From positions 40,858,001-40,922,000 of the forward strand of contig CM060731.1 of the NCBI GenBank assembly GCA_030704615.1: a stretch of DNA of 64,000 bases, in the 5' to 3' direction. Every line of letters starts with the position of its first letter. Position 1 is the first letter of the stretch. The position numbers were made by a program, and so were the translations under genes. The notes under the pieces were generated by a model. That model was not told the origin of the DNA and did no database searches. It saw nothing but the letters and a program-made list of their open reading frames with translations. The DNA is from Takakia lepidozioides. Lineage: Eukaryota > Plantae > Bryophyta. This document shows positions 13,701 through 26,700 of this stretch, one piece after another.

Positions 13701-14632
13701 GCTGAAAGATGGGAAGAACACAATTTACAGCTTAGACAAGATATACAAGTTAACTGCTACTCGTAAATTCAACCCGTGTGAGAAAAATCAGGCAGAAAGC
13801 GTTTTCGTAGTTACACCCATCATAGGGTGGTGTAACACGGAAAACGCCAAAAGGTGGACAAACTAAATTCCGGTGGTACAGAGGTGACATCCTTCTCAGT
13901 GTCAGACTGCCTTTGCATGTTTATGCGACATCCACCTACATCGATACAGTCTTATTTCTCTACACAGATCAGAGGGATGGAGGAAACATGCGAGACAAAG
14001 CCATTCAAATTCCATGACACTATATACAGCTTCCTTTTTATCCAAAACTTACTGATCAGACATTGCCATTGGACTCGGGACAGCCCCTCCTCTGAAGGAT
14101 CCCGATCACCTATACGAGCACACTGCCCTCAACACTTCCAACCAGATCTAACATTTCCAAAATTTGAGGCCAAAACTTCGAATCCCAAACACAAATTAAC
14201 AAAGGAGGACATGCGACTCGTACTCTTAGAGGACACCATCCTCGCTCCGTACACAGGAGGCCTGGTTGAGATCGTCGCCTGTGCAACCAAATGATTTGCA
14301 GATCCAACACCAAAACACCGGGCCCCTGTCCTATCAGACAATCCCGCAAAGCTCCTATGCAGCCTGCCTACCGAGAATTCAGAATGCAGCAAAGCGCCGT
14401 GTGACCGCAAACCAGTCTTCACAGAGACGAACCCCCCGGCAGGTCCCACTGCAGAAGTGGCAGCTGCGCCCGACAACAATAAGCCCCGGGGTAATGCCTG
14501 TGAGCACAATGGTGCCGAGAGTGACAAGGCAGTCCCAGACGAACAAATCTGAGAGCACACAGCAGGCAGTTGCATGAGCCTGGCCGACTTGCACAGACGG
14601 ATCCTGGATAACACCGTCGCCTTGTGCATCAT
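4701..14632 (-). CDS. ACO: Aconitate hydratase (AcnA/IRP-type plant aconitase), multi-exon, with a long N-terminal organellar transit peptide
   Basis: Exons translate to classic aconitase motifs: [17 protein letters not shown] (12383-12543), [17 protein letters not shown] (11665-11757), [55 protein letters not shown] (Fe-S Cys ligands), [50 protein letters not shown], and a last exon [22 protein letters not shown] (4701-4769). Introns are GT-AG. Exon 1 (about 14224-14632) is Ser/Ala/Arg-rich. Confidence 0.97.
12597..13094. repeat. Intronic tandem duplication, 2 x 249 bp
   Basis: 12597-12845 and 12846-13094 both begin ATCACCGAGATCGAGGGCTTTAATCGG; only two substitutions seen between copies. 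Confidence 0.95.
13479..13498. repeat. Poly-C20 tract (poly-G in the aconitase pre-mRNA intron)
   Basis: 20 consecutive C. Confidence 0.9.
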
Positions 14633-15072
14633 GCGACCCCCTCAGATTGTGGACGCAGACGACAACCCCACGCCCCCTACATGCCCTACCCTGAATCCAC
14701 GCCCTCCCTGGCACGCCTCTCAAAAGCCTAGATTCCTCCACTTTTCACCGCTTTTCTCCGTCACACGCGATCTCCTCGCAACCTCTTCTCCTTCGCTCTC
14801 CCTCACTCTCGCTTCCTCTCTCTCCTTCAGACTTCTGTGCGAGACACACCCCCCGCACGTGTCATCCCGGGTCGCCCGGCCCCCCACCGCCCGGCCATCC
14901 GGAATCCGCACCGCGGCACCGGGTGTGTCGATTAATATTTCACCAAATTAAACCCTGTCGACGGCACTCGTCAGCGTCAAAAGAGCCGAAAAGAATTATC
15001 CCATATCGTTTGGCATCAGCCACACCCTGCAAGTGCGCGAATTAAGAGGCGCCACGGTGCCTGCGTGCATGG

Positions 15073-15234
15073 ATCCGTGGTCCCTACGCTTTTACTCCAG
15101 ATGAAAGTACCTACCGGTTCCTGATGAGCCCGAGTCTTGTTCATCCCTTCCGATGATATCCGTGGTCCCGACGTCCCGACGCTTTTACTCCGGATGAAAG
15201 TACTTACCTACCAGTTCCTGATGAGCCCGACTCT
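15073..15234. repeat. Imperfect direct repeat (about 65-75 bp, 2 copies) upstream of aconitase
   Basis: ATCCGTGGTCCC..CGCTTTTACTCC.GATGAAAGTAC..TACC.GTTCCTGATGAGCCCGA starts at about 15073 and about 15159. Confidence 0.85.
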
Positions 15235-15336
15235 CGTCGACCCGGGGTTGACCATATCCGTCCGTTGACTGGTGGGTCATCCAATGGGCTCCCCCTTGTG
15301 GAATCCGACTGGCAGTTCTTCATCCTCCGAAAACTC

Positions 15337-16769
15337 CTAGGGATGTGGACTTGTTAGTTGCTCAAAGGAATGAGAACGTACGAACAATGATGCAGAATCC
15401 TGCACTCCCCACTTTGGCGATTTCCTAGGGCCATGATCTGAGAGGCCTTCATCTTGAGCTGGTGAATTTTTCAAGTGGCATGAATCATACACAAGCAGAT
15501 TACAGATTCCCCTGGACTTGTCATGAGAGGAGATCGAAGACGACCTACTTATTTGGATACACTTATTTGGATACACTGCGTTTTCATGGCTTGGTTCTCG
15601 ATATCTTTTCTCTCTGGCTAGGGACTCGCTAGGGAGCCATGTTTTGTCAATTTGTGTGACCTTCCCTGACTGGAGCTTTCTCTCCTTTCTCGTGAAAGAG
15701 TTTCTCATCTGCGTCTCCTTGTGCATCATGTGCCATGTCTCTCCGATACATGATGTGATCCTCACCTCGACTCTTCTCGTCACTCCGGCTGCCTTTGAGC
15801 AAGAACGAGTCAGTCGTAGTTTGCACCTCATGCCAGTGTCAGCATAAGTGCACCTGTGTCCTGGTATAGGTGCTCTGACTGGCTCTGACACCTGCAATTT
15901 GTGCACATACATTCAGAATTCAAAGCCAGGAACAAATTTCAACAAGGTAGTACAAAGCGCGTAGGATAACTTGATCACTAATCTTTTGGGGTCGCGTCTT
16001 CCCATGCTTCTGTGGACATTGCTCGGCACCCTCAGCAAGATCAGCGGCATCGGGCAGTTGCCCTGTTTTTCTTCTCTCCCCCATGCAACTTGCCTCGCAA
16101 AGTTGCAGTTGCGGGCTTGTTACCCTTCTCATTGAGACCTTCTCCGATAACGAGTGATAGCTTGTCATAGTTTCGTCGGACGTCTTTTTCACATTCTTAA
16201 CCAGATCAAGTGACTTGGTCGCTAACTTAGAAGGATTGGCACCGGTATGCTTTGAGTTTATGCACGAGAGAGCTTTTCCTTGCATGATGCCCTTGCTTTT
16301 GGCACCAGCAACATTTTCCTCTTTTCCTGTCAGTTGCATTCAATAGTCAGCCAAGCTTCGTTCCAACTCTTCTCGAGTACAGCTATCTCTATCTATTTCC
16401 GCTCGTGCAGTGTTTTCAGGATCGACTGTTCTTTGGTCGGTTGCACGTTCAGACACTTCTTCTCCCTCCCTCTTGTCCACATGAGCTCTGGCCAATGCAG
16501 CCATCGGTCGAGGGCCACTTCCTGAACTTGCAGTGCATATAATTTGCTCAGGGCTATCCTGGGAAGAAAAACTTAAAGAGCTACTACTGTATCCACCGCC
16601 CAAGGTTAAAGAAAAACCTCGTTCGAAGAGACTTGGAGGCCAGTTCATCACCATTGATGGTAGCTCGGATGGTAGACGAAAAAGGGACCGAACCACATAA
16701 TCTCAACCACCTCCGTCTATGTTGCCTGGAGATATCCGGTGATACAGAATTTTCCAATAGTTGTCTCAT
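15337..16769 (-). pseudogene. Broken run of ORFs of unknown function (decayed gene or TE relic)
   Basis: ORFs 16340-16696 and 15920-16339 are in the same frame and separated by one stop. They are flanked by 16584-16769 and 15337-15912. The peptides are charged and Ser-rich, with no recognisable domain. Confidence 0.3.
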
Positions 16770-16848
16770 TTGATCAAATCCGCCGAATAGATCACCTCTG
16801 TGCCTACTCCTCTACCACGTCATGGAAGGCTGCACTCGCTCTCCGGAC

Positions 16849-17221
16849 CATGCTTAGGATGTGAGATCGCTCTTATTCCTCCACCACCTCATGAAGCATG
16901 TGTCTCGTTCTCCCCACCATGCTTAATACGTTATATCGACTGCTATTATTCTTCGTGCAATTGTTGAGCCATTGTTGTCAACACAGCGCTCGAAGTAGAG
17001 TGGTAAACTTGTCAGATCACATCATTCCCAATTGCCACATGCCTAGATGGTTAGGATGTGCGGTCGTTTTTATTCCACCACCTCATGCACCATGCATCTC
17101 GTTCTCCCCACCATGCTTAAGACGTTAGATCGACTGATATTATTTTTCGTGCAATTGTTGAGCCATTGTTGTCAACACAGCGCTCGAAGTAGAGTGGTAA
17201 ACTTGACAGATCACATCATTC
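16849..17221. repeat. Tandem duplication with a period of about 195 bp
   Basis: TCTCGTTCTCCCCACCATGCTTAA...CAGATCACATCATTC occurs at about 16903-17027 and about 17097-17221; upstream CCACCACCTCATG blocks are also duplicated. Confidence 0.9.
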
Positions 17222-17748
17222 GTTAGGCTTTGACCTTTGCAAATCTATATTCCAAAAGCAAATCTATATTACATTGAAGAGAGTTTGAGAGTAGTTCAAG
17301 CGAGTACCCTGCAGAATAACACAATGCCACAGAAGCGAAAGATTACGTAGAGAGAAATCTGCGAGGAAATCAGCAGAGAGAGAGAGTCCGCATTCCCGCC
17401 ACTACTTTCCATGTACGATTTCTGTATCTGTAAACATACTATACCTAAATACGGTAGGTACCTACGTGTGTATACCTACCTGCGTAGGCAGGTACCTAGT
17501 ACCTACTCCACAGTATATGTGAGAGAGAGAGAGGGAGATGGGGAGTTGATCGAGAAAGAGATGGGGGGAGAGGGAGATTTAGGTCGAGAAGATGGAAGGA
17601 AAAGGAAGGAATTTATCAAGACAGGAGAGGCTTTAGGTGAGAGATTTTGATGTATTTTTCACTCAAATAGAGACAGAGAGAGAGAGAGAAATGAAATGAA
17701 ATGAAATGGTGCAGATAGAGAGAGATTTTGATGCAGTGACGTTTGGAG

Positions 17749-20700
17749 ATGGAAGCGAAGGAAGAGGAAGCTGAGGTAATGGCGCCTTGCTGCCTCGTGC
17801 ACGCATTCTTCGACGTAGCTGCTCGGCGTCCTCGCCAGATTTCCATAATCCATGCGTCCGTTCTTCCCTATGGTCTCCGTAAGAAATTGGATAATGGCGG
17901 TGATGCAAGTTTGGGCGAACGAGAAAGGGAACGGAGTTGGGAGGGTTCTGGGAGCGAGGGTCTGAAATTTCCACAAGTGTACCCTGGAGATGTTGTATAC
18001 ACGTATGAGGAGCTTCAGTCAGCTGTTGAAATATTATCTCGTCGGTTGGCTCACGAATTTGCATTGAGCGACGATCAAGCATGCCAGAGTGTGCTACATG
18101 AAGGTGAGAGTGAAACAAGAAGATGATAACATCTTCTGTTTGCAATTGTCGCATTTTTTCTTAAGGCAATTGGCAATCATGCCAGTAGGTAGCTTGCAAG
18201 CCTCTCGACCGAAGACATGTGCAATCGTTGGATGCATTTCGAATGCAATTTGAATGCTGTCCTTCAATTTGGAAGTGGATGAACTCAGGGTTTAGGGGTC
18301 AGGGCGCAGGGAGAACCCTGTAGTCTTTTTCTGCTCTAGAGTCGTGGTACTTCAAGTGGCAGGCAGAGAGAATGTACACATACTGTGAACATCCACTTGA
18401 CATCTCCTTAAGAGCATAGTCCCCAGAGGACACTGACCCTCCTTGGGTTTCAGGCCACCGGGGGTCAATTTGAAATCCCCATAGCAGTTGGCACAGCTGA
18501 CAACAATCCAGTTACATGGGGTTTGAGTTACAGTTGCCCAGATCTTGTACTAGGTACGAGAAGAAAAATGATTCTCCACTGCAGGCGTCCATGTAGATGC
18601 ATGCCTAAGAGGGTAGGGAAAGTGGGCAGACTTGCTTTGCATCAATGTTACTATGGACTATGGACGTCCTGGTATAGCGTCCCACCAGTCCTGACCCTGC
18701 TCTTGTCATTCTCTTTTATCAGCCTGGCTTGCAGTGATGAGAGTGAGAAAATACTGATAAGAAGTTGTTTGCTGTAGCCTTAGTGATGAGAGAGAGAGAG
18801 AGAGAGCTTGATTCGATGCAGAGGTAGCAAATGGTATGCTAAGGAATGGGAATGTGCCAGGTGAGCAGATGGGGACCACGAGTACACAGCTGATATGCTT
18901 GCTTTCAACATGGGGCAGACTGCTCCTCAATCAAATTTATCCCATCCCCAGCAGAGCCAAGAGAAACCTGAATCCAGCCAAGCCTACTCACCGAAAAGAG
19001 TGGGAATCTGGACAGTACAATCGGCAGAGTATCTTGTCGCAGCACTTGCAGTCCTCAAAGCAGGGGGGGCCTTTTTCCCGTTGGATCCGTCATGGCCCTT
19101 GGGGAGAATTATTGCAGTGATCACAACTGCAAAGCCCTTCCTAGTTATTGGTTGCCAGCATGCCAGATGGGAGCCTGAGAGTCTTACAGTGGGTATAGCC
19201 AATGCATTGGATGCTGCCAGTTGTGCAGTCTTGTGGTTGCCAGAAGGCTTTGCAAAGGGTGGTGAGATGGGAAGAGTGGGCAAGAAAGGGGAAATGTGGC
19301 GTTGTGCTAGCAACCAGCAGCGCTCATTTTGCTATGTTCTGTATACCTCAGGGTCTTCTGGTATCCCTAAGGGTGTTTGCGGCAGCGAAGAAGGTAACAC
19401 TATTTAGCGGTCTTATGAGCCTTCTGTCACACTAATAGCATTAAATGAATATTGCAAAGAATACATGGAAGTTGCCATTGTTTCAATCTGCAATGGTTGT
19501 TTGTAGAGCTATCCGCTACATATTATCAGGCACGTTTTTTTTCAGTTTTGCTTGAATGTTGGAGTGTGACACTTCATCAACATGAAACCCTTGCAGATCC
19601 TCTTGCGAGTGCTTATTGCTGTCTACAACATAACATTTTAATCTATGATGACTTCATTTACTTATACATTGTGGTGATTTTCCGTTTGTCTACAATGGCT
19701 GTTGCTATCAACATATGGTTAGCCTTCTAAGGGTAGGCATTGCCTGGACTCAAATTTATAAAGAATAATGTACTCATGTCAAACGTTGAAATCTGGGAGC
19801 TTTTCTCATATATGCTGCTTGCTCAACTTTGCAGCGAGTCGGTCCTATCATCTGGCTTTCCCTAGTGGTACGTTGAAGACTTGGGGGAAGAAAGTCATTG
19901 GAATAGTGGCCAAATGCAGGTTTGCTGAATCGACTCCAATGGATGGAGAAGGCATATCCATATCAGAGTGATGACATGGCATGCTTCAAAACTGCAGTGG
20001 GTTTCATCGATCATTTGACGGAGGCACTTGGGCCTCTACTTGCAGGCACACCCTTGCTTGTTCCTCCTCCTGACATGCTCAGGGAAAATCCTCTCGCTCT
20101 GCTCAGTTACATTGAGGTGGGTTTATCCGCTTTGCAGTGAAGGTTTTGTAATTCTTTTCACACAGTACAGTAGCCTACAGTCACAATATAATGGACAAGT
20201 TTGCTCCCTCTAAAGCTCCCTTTAATACCAGCCTCATAACTTCTTGATACTGGTGATGAATGATTGTAAGTAATGTAGTGTGCCAAGAGAAATATTGTTG
20301 GAGTACACAGGGTTTTCCCTAACCATGTGAATGGTATCAAAATCTCCTGTTGATAGTGTCATGATATACAATGTGGGGAACTCTATCTATGGCTTCCTAT
20401 CAGTGCCCGATTTTCGAGCACATGACTCTGACCAAGAGTCAGATATAACAAAAAAGAGAAAAGAAACATTCTGTTTGTTGTCTTCATGTGATTTGATGGA
20501 TTCAGAATTTTTGCTGGTAACATTGTTTGCAGGCATATGGCTTAACAAGAATAACGGCAGTCCCATCTTTGATGCGTGCCCTTCTTCCAGCCTTGCAAGT
20601 TGGGGAGGGACAGGCAGCTGCAAAGTCATTGCGTGTTCTTGTTATGAGTGGGGAACCCCTGTCTTATGGGCTATGGCAAGAGCTTCATTCACCACTGGGT

Positions 20701-23700
20701 CACACCACCATTTTGAACCTGTATGGCAGCACTGAAGTAGGGACTCTTCTCCTTCCTCTCCCCTGCCTTGATTTTACCCCAAGGAAACAGATGGATTATT
20801 TGTGCACAGGGATCTCCTCTTCATTTGTAGGATCATGAATGGCACAGTCCTCTCATGTCATGCCCGTTTTTTGCAGTAGGTGATGTCATAGAGAAATCAT
20901 GAACTGTTAGTTGCATGCAATCCACAGACTGGACAGGACCGTACTTGCATCACGATCTTCCATTTTTCTGCTTTTATTTTTGTTTTGCTTGCCTCATATG
21001 TTTGTCATGGATGTTTTATTAATGACTTGAGGGATTTGAGACTTATTTCCTCTGATTGCTGACACGCTTGTTCTACGCAGCTGTCAGGGGATTGCACGTT
21101 CTTTGACTGCACCACTTTAGGTGAGGTTCTATCACAAGAGCTAAAAGTCGGTGAGCAAGATAAAATGAGGAGTGTACCGATAGGGGAACCCATCAATGGC
21201 TGCTGGGTGTATATTGTTTCAGAAGATGGTCTTTTGGTAGATCCTGGTGAGGAGGGGGAACTTTGGGTGGGTGGTGTGGGAGTGGCACACGGTTACCTTG
21301 ATGATCCTGAGGGCACTCGGGAAAAGTTCTGGAATACACACAAATTTCCAATGTGGTCAGATTTTCTTCAATTGAACAATGGTGCCGAAGATGACAATGC
21401 TTCAAGTGTGACTGAAAGTTCAGCAGGAAAGTTGACTGGGCATCTTTTCAAAACTGGGGACAGGGCAAAGAAACTTGCTAATGGTAGCATTGCTTTGCTT
21501 GGGAGGATTGATCGTCAGATCAAGATTCGTGGACATCGAATAGCCTTGGAAGACATTGAGATCAATCTGGAAGAGCACCCACAGGTGAAATGTGCTGCAG
21601 TCTCCCAACACCCGGGTCCAAATGGTGAAATGCATCTGGTGGCTTATGTTGTACCCTTCAGCACAAGTCACCATCATAGCCCAAATGAGAGCGGGCTTAG
21701 TGAGGACAATGTACTCCCAGGCGGGCTGGATGGACAAAATCTACAAACTGCTTTGAGGCAATGGTTGGCAGAGAGACTGCCAGTGGTGATGGTACCTACC
21801 CAGTTTATCATGTTAAAAGCTATGCCTTTGACTGCTTCAGGGAAGGTGAACTACCTTGCTCTTCCCCACCCAGTTCCGTTTCCACTGGCCTCCAGTGATA
21901 CAGTTGGTAAAGACAAGGAAGGACAGTTGCAAGGAGTTGAATACATAAGAGAGGTGAGTTGACTTTCTATTTTCCTTACAAGTGCTCTCTGAAGATTTCT
22001 GATGTTTGCTAGGGTTCAGGTGCGAGCATACCTTTCATTTACTGCTCTACTGTGTTGTTTGTCTGATTCCCCACACAACAGACTAAGTAGGAAGGCAATT
22101 TTGTTAATCTCTGCTGGAATAGAGCTTATGGACAAGAACACGTGAAATCAAAGAAACCACTACAAAACCAGGCCTACATTGCTGCCTCACAGTGTTAGCC
22201 CCTCCTGAAGGTAATCTGATGAGCTCTTCTGGTCTTCATAAGTAACAAATATGAGCACCCTCTGAAAAGACAGCCATATCTCATCTAATCGCACTTACAC
22301 ATTGTCAACAGTCGCAGGGTGAAAGCTGCGCAAACCCTTTCCTCTTCTTGTATAGTAAGCCATCTCTCAGAGGTGGGCCCTTTCAGATATACTAATTGGG
22401 TGAGAGACTGGGACAGGTTTTTGTGCATGTTCTGGGAGCTGAGAAAGTTGCAGCTTCCGACAACTTTTTTGCAGTTGGGGGAACATCCATATCCGCAGCA
22501 CATGCGGCGTACATGCTTGGTGTTGACATGCCTTTGCTGTACACATATCCAACAGCCATGGACCTTCACAGGGCTATTTCCTTGTACAAAAGTGAGATAC
22601 CTTCTGTTATTGAGAGTGAAGGCCATTGCACTGGAGGACTGTCAAATGACTTTGTAATAACACAAGAAGACGAGCAAGAAGTTTTCCTATCTACAACTGA
22701 CAGAGAAGATTATAATAGCAGCAGGAAGAAAGTACACTCTATGCGGAAGTTGGCTTCACAAGTAGACAGAGATGGAAAGCCAGCAGGTAAGGATGGGATG
22801 CTGAGAAGTAATGGCTCAGCAGGCTCAATAGATGATTGGCAAGAGAACAAAGAAGCACATGTTGCAAAGAGCATCACTGAAAAGGAAAAGCAATATACTA
22901 ACCGACTTCTTGGCTCCATGGACTGTCAAATGGACAGAAGACAGTATATAATACCTGGCCTTGTGGAGGTACAAAATGTCGTTGATGAGCCTCTCACTGA
23001 CTCTTCATCATATCTGAAACGAAGACATGAGCATGACGACTCTAGTATTGGTGAGATGACGCAGAATGCTTGGCCCTCTCTCATCTGCATGCATGTACCA
23101 ACAGCCTTTGTACGATGCAACAGATTGGTATGCTTAGTTTCCCACATCCATTCCTCAGCATTTCATAGTCAACAGCTGTTGCTCAAGCACAGGCGTGGTG
23201 GAGGATCCTGGAGTTTGCAACAGCAGTGGAAAGTCTCTCTTCAGTCTTGTGTGGATGCATCACCACTATTGGTGGTGCAGGACAACTTATGCCGCTTGTT
23301 CATTGGCTCTCACTCTCACAACTTCTTGAGTGTGGATGCTGTCAGGTCTCTCCTTTCACACTACTTGGTGGTGGGGTTTTTTCTTTGTGGGCAGCATGTT
23401 CTGTATCTGCATTTGCTGCATCTGTGAAGAGCAAGAGACAGAGGAAAGGAAGTATTGCTTGTATCATGGTAGATAGAATCTAAATCAGCAGCATGTTACT
23501 GATCAGCTGAAATGGGAAAGGCTTGTAATGCTGGTAAAGGGAATGTGTGAATGCCCATGTGTGCCCCTTCTGATGTTTTTTGAGAAATGTTTTCACCTAC
23601 CTTATTTGAGGTCGTTTCTAGCAAACGATCTTACGTTTGGGTTTGTCTTGGTATCAGTGGGGAAGTGCAGTGGGAGGCTCGTTTGGGAGGAAGGGTTGAG

Positions 23701-26700
23701 TCAACTGCTGCTGTAACCCGTGATTTCACTCAGGTATATGGGTTTCTATTTATCTCCCCAGCAATCAATCATGGGTGCCAGATTACATTTATATTCTCAA
23801 GTGTAAGGATTTGCAGTCAACCTGGAGGACTGTTAGGTCCCCCTGGCTCGATCTCCCTCTTTCCAAGATGAGTGCTTAAGAGTTGCCCCTCTTGTTTAAC
23901 TAGCATTACTTGCTAGTCTCCAAGTTCATCCAGGGCACTTAGCTGTGGTGTGGGGGTGGAGTTTTAGGTTGGACTCCTGGTCTGAAGTCTTCCTGTCCTC
24001 TAAGATGATAGTTGGATCAATTTGAGATGTCATCCTGTCCTCTTAGATAGCTAGTCGGATGGAATTGAGATATTCTATGGTGCTGCTGTAGGTGGTTGTC
24101 GGCTGCTATGATGGTTTGATCTACTTCTTTGATTTTTGGAGCGGCCAGAAAGTATGGAGCTTCAATGCTGGAGGCGAGGTACCAACTAACCATGCTGCAA
24201 GGATTTCCTGTCACCAGTGTATTTGAGAACTGTTTTGACACCTGAGAGCAGTATGATTGATGTCATTGGGTTAACCATGTGGAGCTAGCTATCTCTACTT
24301 GTGTCACTTGGGCCCTTTGGGCCTCCCACAGGCATAGTAACTAGTTCTCTCTTTCTTTCCTTCTTTCTGACTTGTTGAGACAAATGCTTGATTTCAAATT
24401 TCTATTCATACACAAGGAGGTTACTGTTTTTCTCTCGATGACGGTTCTCACTAGCACTAATTGGCAGGTTAAGTGTCAACCGGCTCTCGATACTTGGCAA
24501 GGTTTGATCTGGTAGGTGTCAATTCACCTCTTTAAGAGATTTGTGTTTCCATTATTGTCAAGTAGGGTTCAAATTGGGTCTTGAAGAGTATTATGGCTTT
24601 TGGTCATGACCAATGGTCCTGAGAGTCGCAGTTATTGTTAAGCTGATGAATAGGAGGGGGCAAGGGAGAGTGCACTCACATATTGAAACATACAGACAGG
24701 CATTTCTTGATTCACAAAGGTATCTACCTTTTGAGCTTGATTTACCAGTTTTGTGGAGATCATGGCAGGTGCGGGTCCCACAGTCACCACATCTACGCCC
24801 TGGATGCAACAGTGCAAACCTGTGTATGGCAGCATTCGTGTGCTGGGAGTATATTTGGCGCACCAGCTTTTGACCAAGTGTGTACTATCACAGCTGTCTC
24901 TTGAAGCTCTAAATTTGTTTTCTTTTAAATCTCCCGTGCAGTTGTACTTCCTTGTTCATTGGGATGGACTTGCCCACTCTGTCTCTCACAGAGTGTGCAT
25001 CTATGCCATTCAGGGTATGTCGTAGAGAATGTTTGCAGGGAGCAGTCAAAGACTACACACTTGTATATGTGCACCTTTGTCTTTAAGTTGTACTTTTGCA
25101 AAGAAGATGACAGGGGCCTGTTGCAGGAATGTGATGAAGTGCTTTTGAACTGTTCAGGTCCGAAAGATGGTGTATGTGGCAGCCACAAATGGGCTAGTGA
25201 CGGCCATAAAGTCAGAGGTACAAAGGAAGGGTAGAACCTGTTTTGATAGAGTTGCAAGTCTGCATTTACAAAACTTATAATATGATGTTTTTCCCCTCAA
25301 ATGGTGGGGCAGATATTCAGTTTATAGGGTGAGAATTCTTTCTATCTAAAAGGGGCTCCAGGAACCTCAAGAGCAAGGCTTGCTTATCTCATATTTGTTT
25401 AGGCAGTCTATCAATTCGCTAATAAGATTGGACAAGGCATACAAGTTCAGCATTCTCAACGTCTGCACCTGTACATGTTTGCTGAACAGACAGGTCGGAT
25501 GGAGTTAACATTTTCTGGTCATAGAATCAAGATTCCTGTAGCCATGATTATGATGCATTAGTGCTGTTTATTTGATGCCAAGAAGTTTGTGCATAGGCTT
25601 TTTAGGTTGACTTTTTCGGAGGCTTGTTATTGGGTTGGCAGCCATCAGTGCATGTAGCATGGACATATGCGTGTGGGGCCCCAGTCTTTGGATCCATAGC
25701 AGTGGATGCATCCACAGGCCTTGGTATGTTTTGATTTTGTCTTCTAACCAACTATAACCGTAATTAACCACGGTCTCTAAAATAACAAATGCTATAAAGT
25801 TTCCTGTATTTTGTGTAAAAATTCAACCAAAAGGCCTTATAAGGATTTTCTGCAGGCTTCCATGTTGACACAGATGACAGAGGAGGCCATTATTATATGG
25901 TGTGGTTCAGAAGTACCAGGGGATGGGAGGTGATGCTGGAGTAGAGAGGCAGGCCTTAATTCAAATTTTGTGAACAAAGAGATGTTTGTGATAGTCCAGG
26001 TAGAAGACTGGACGGAACAAGGTTTTATGAAATTGGTTTAGATGATATGAGATTAGATGTGTCGTAGAGGAATTTGATGAGGCGTCTTAAAGTGGGTGTC
26101 CCATTGAGATGTAAATCAGTCATTTTTTCTGAGGTGGGTGTATTATTCGTTGCGGGGAACAGTGCTCTGCACATCAGTGAATGCCAGCATTACTGCTCTT
26201 ACCTCCGATGGCTCACTTGCTTGGCAGGTGTGCATGTCCTCCCCCCTCAAGCTCACATATGGTGTACTTGTCTGGCTTCAGTGCATATAAATCTTGGACT
26301 GGAATCTGTTTTGCTGTTGCCCTCTTTTAACTTTCAGCCCTGCAGTGTTTGCGCTGAAGGGGTAGATGACAAGGAGGGCCACTTTTAATTGGCTTGGACT
26401 TGCACGGGTTATACGGGATACCTACACACCATCCATTATTTTCAAAGCTGTCTGACTTGACATTTTGTGTCATTGAACTACAGGCTATGACGGATGGTCC
26501 GATCTTTGCTGGAGCTTGCATCTCTTCTGCTCTACCTTCCCAGGTATATTCCTTTCAGATTCTATTTTCCACTGATGCTTTCACGTTTACAGAAGTAACA
26601 ATCCTTTGTAAGCATGTTCTCTTTTGATTTTGAGCTTCTCGTATCATGGGACTAGCATTTGCTGTAGTCTGTCAGATCAGCCATTGAGATGCTGTTCTGT

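Noticed and set aside
15100-15260. Twice-repeated CTGATGAG and GATGAAAG motifs suggesting hammerhead ribozymes (retrozyme)
   Set aside because: CUGAUGA is not followed by a closed stem II and then GAAA, and no stem I/III pairing around a cleavage triplet could be built. Treated as a plain direct repeat; an Infernal search with hammerhead models would settle it.
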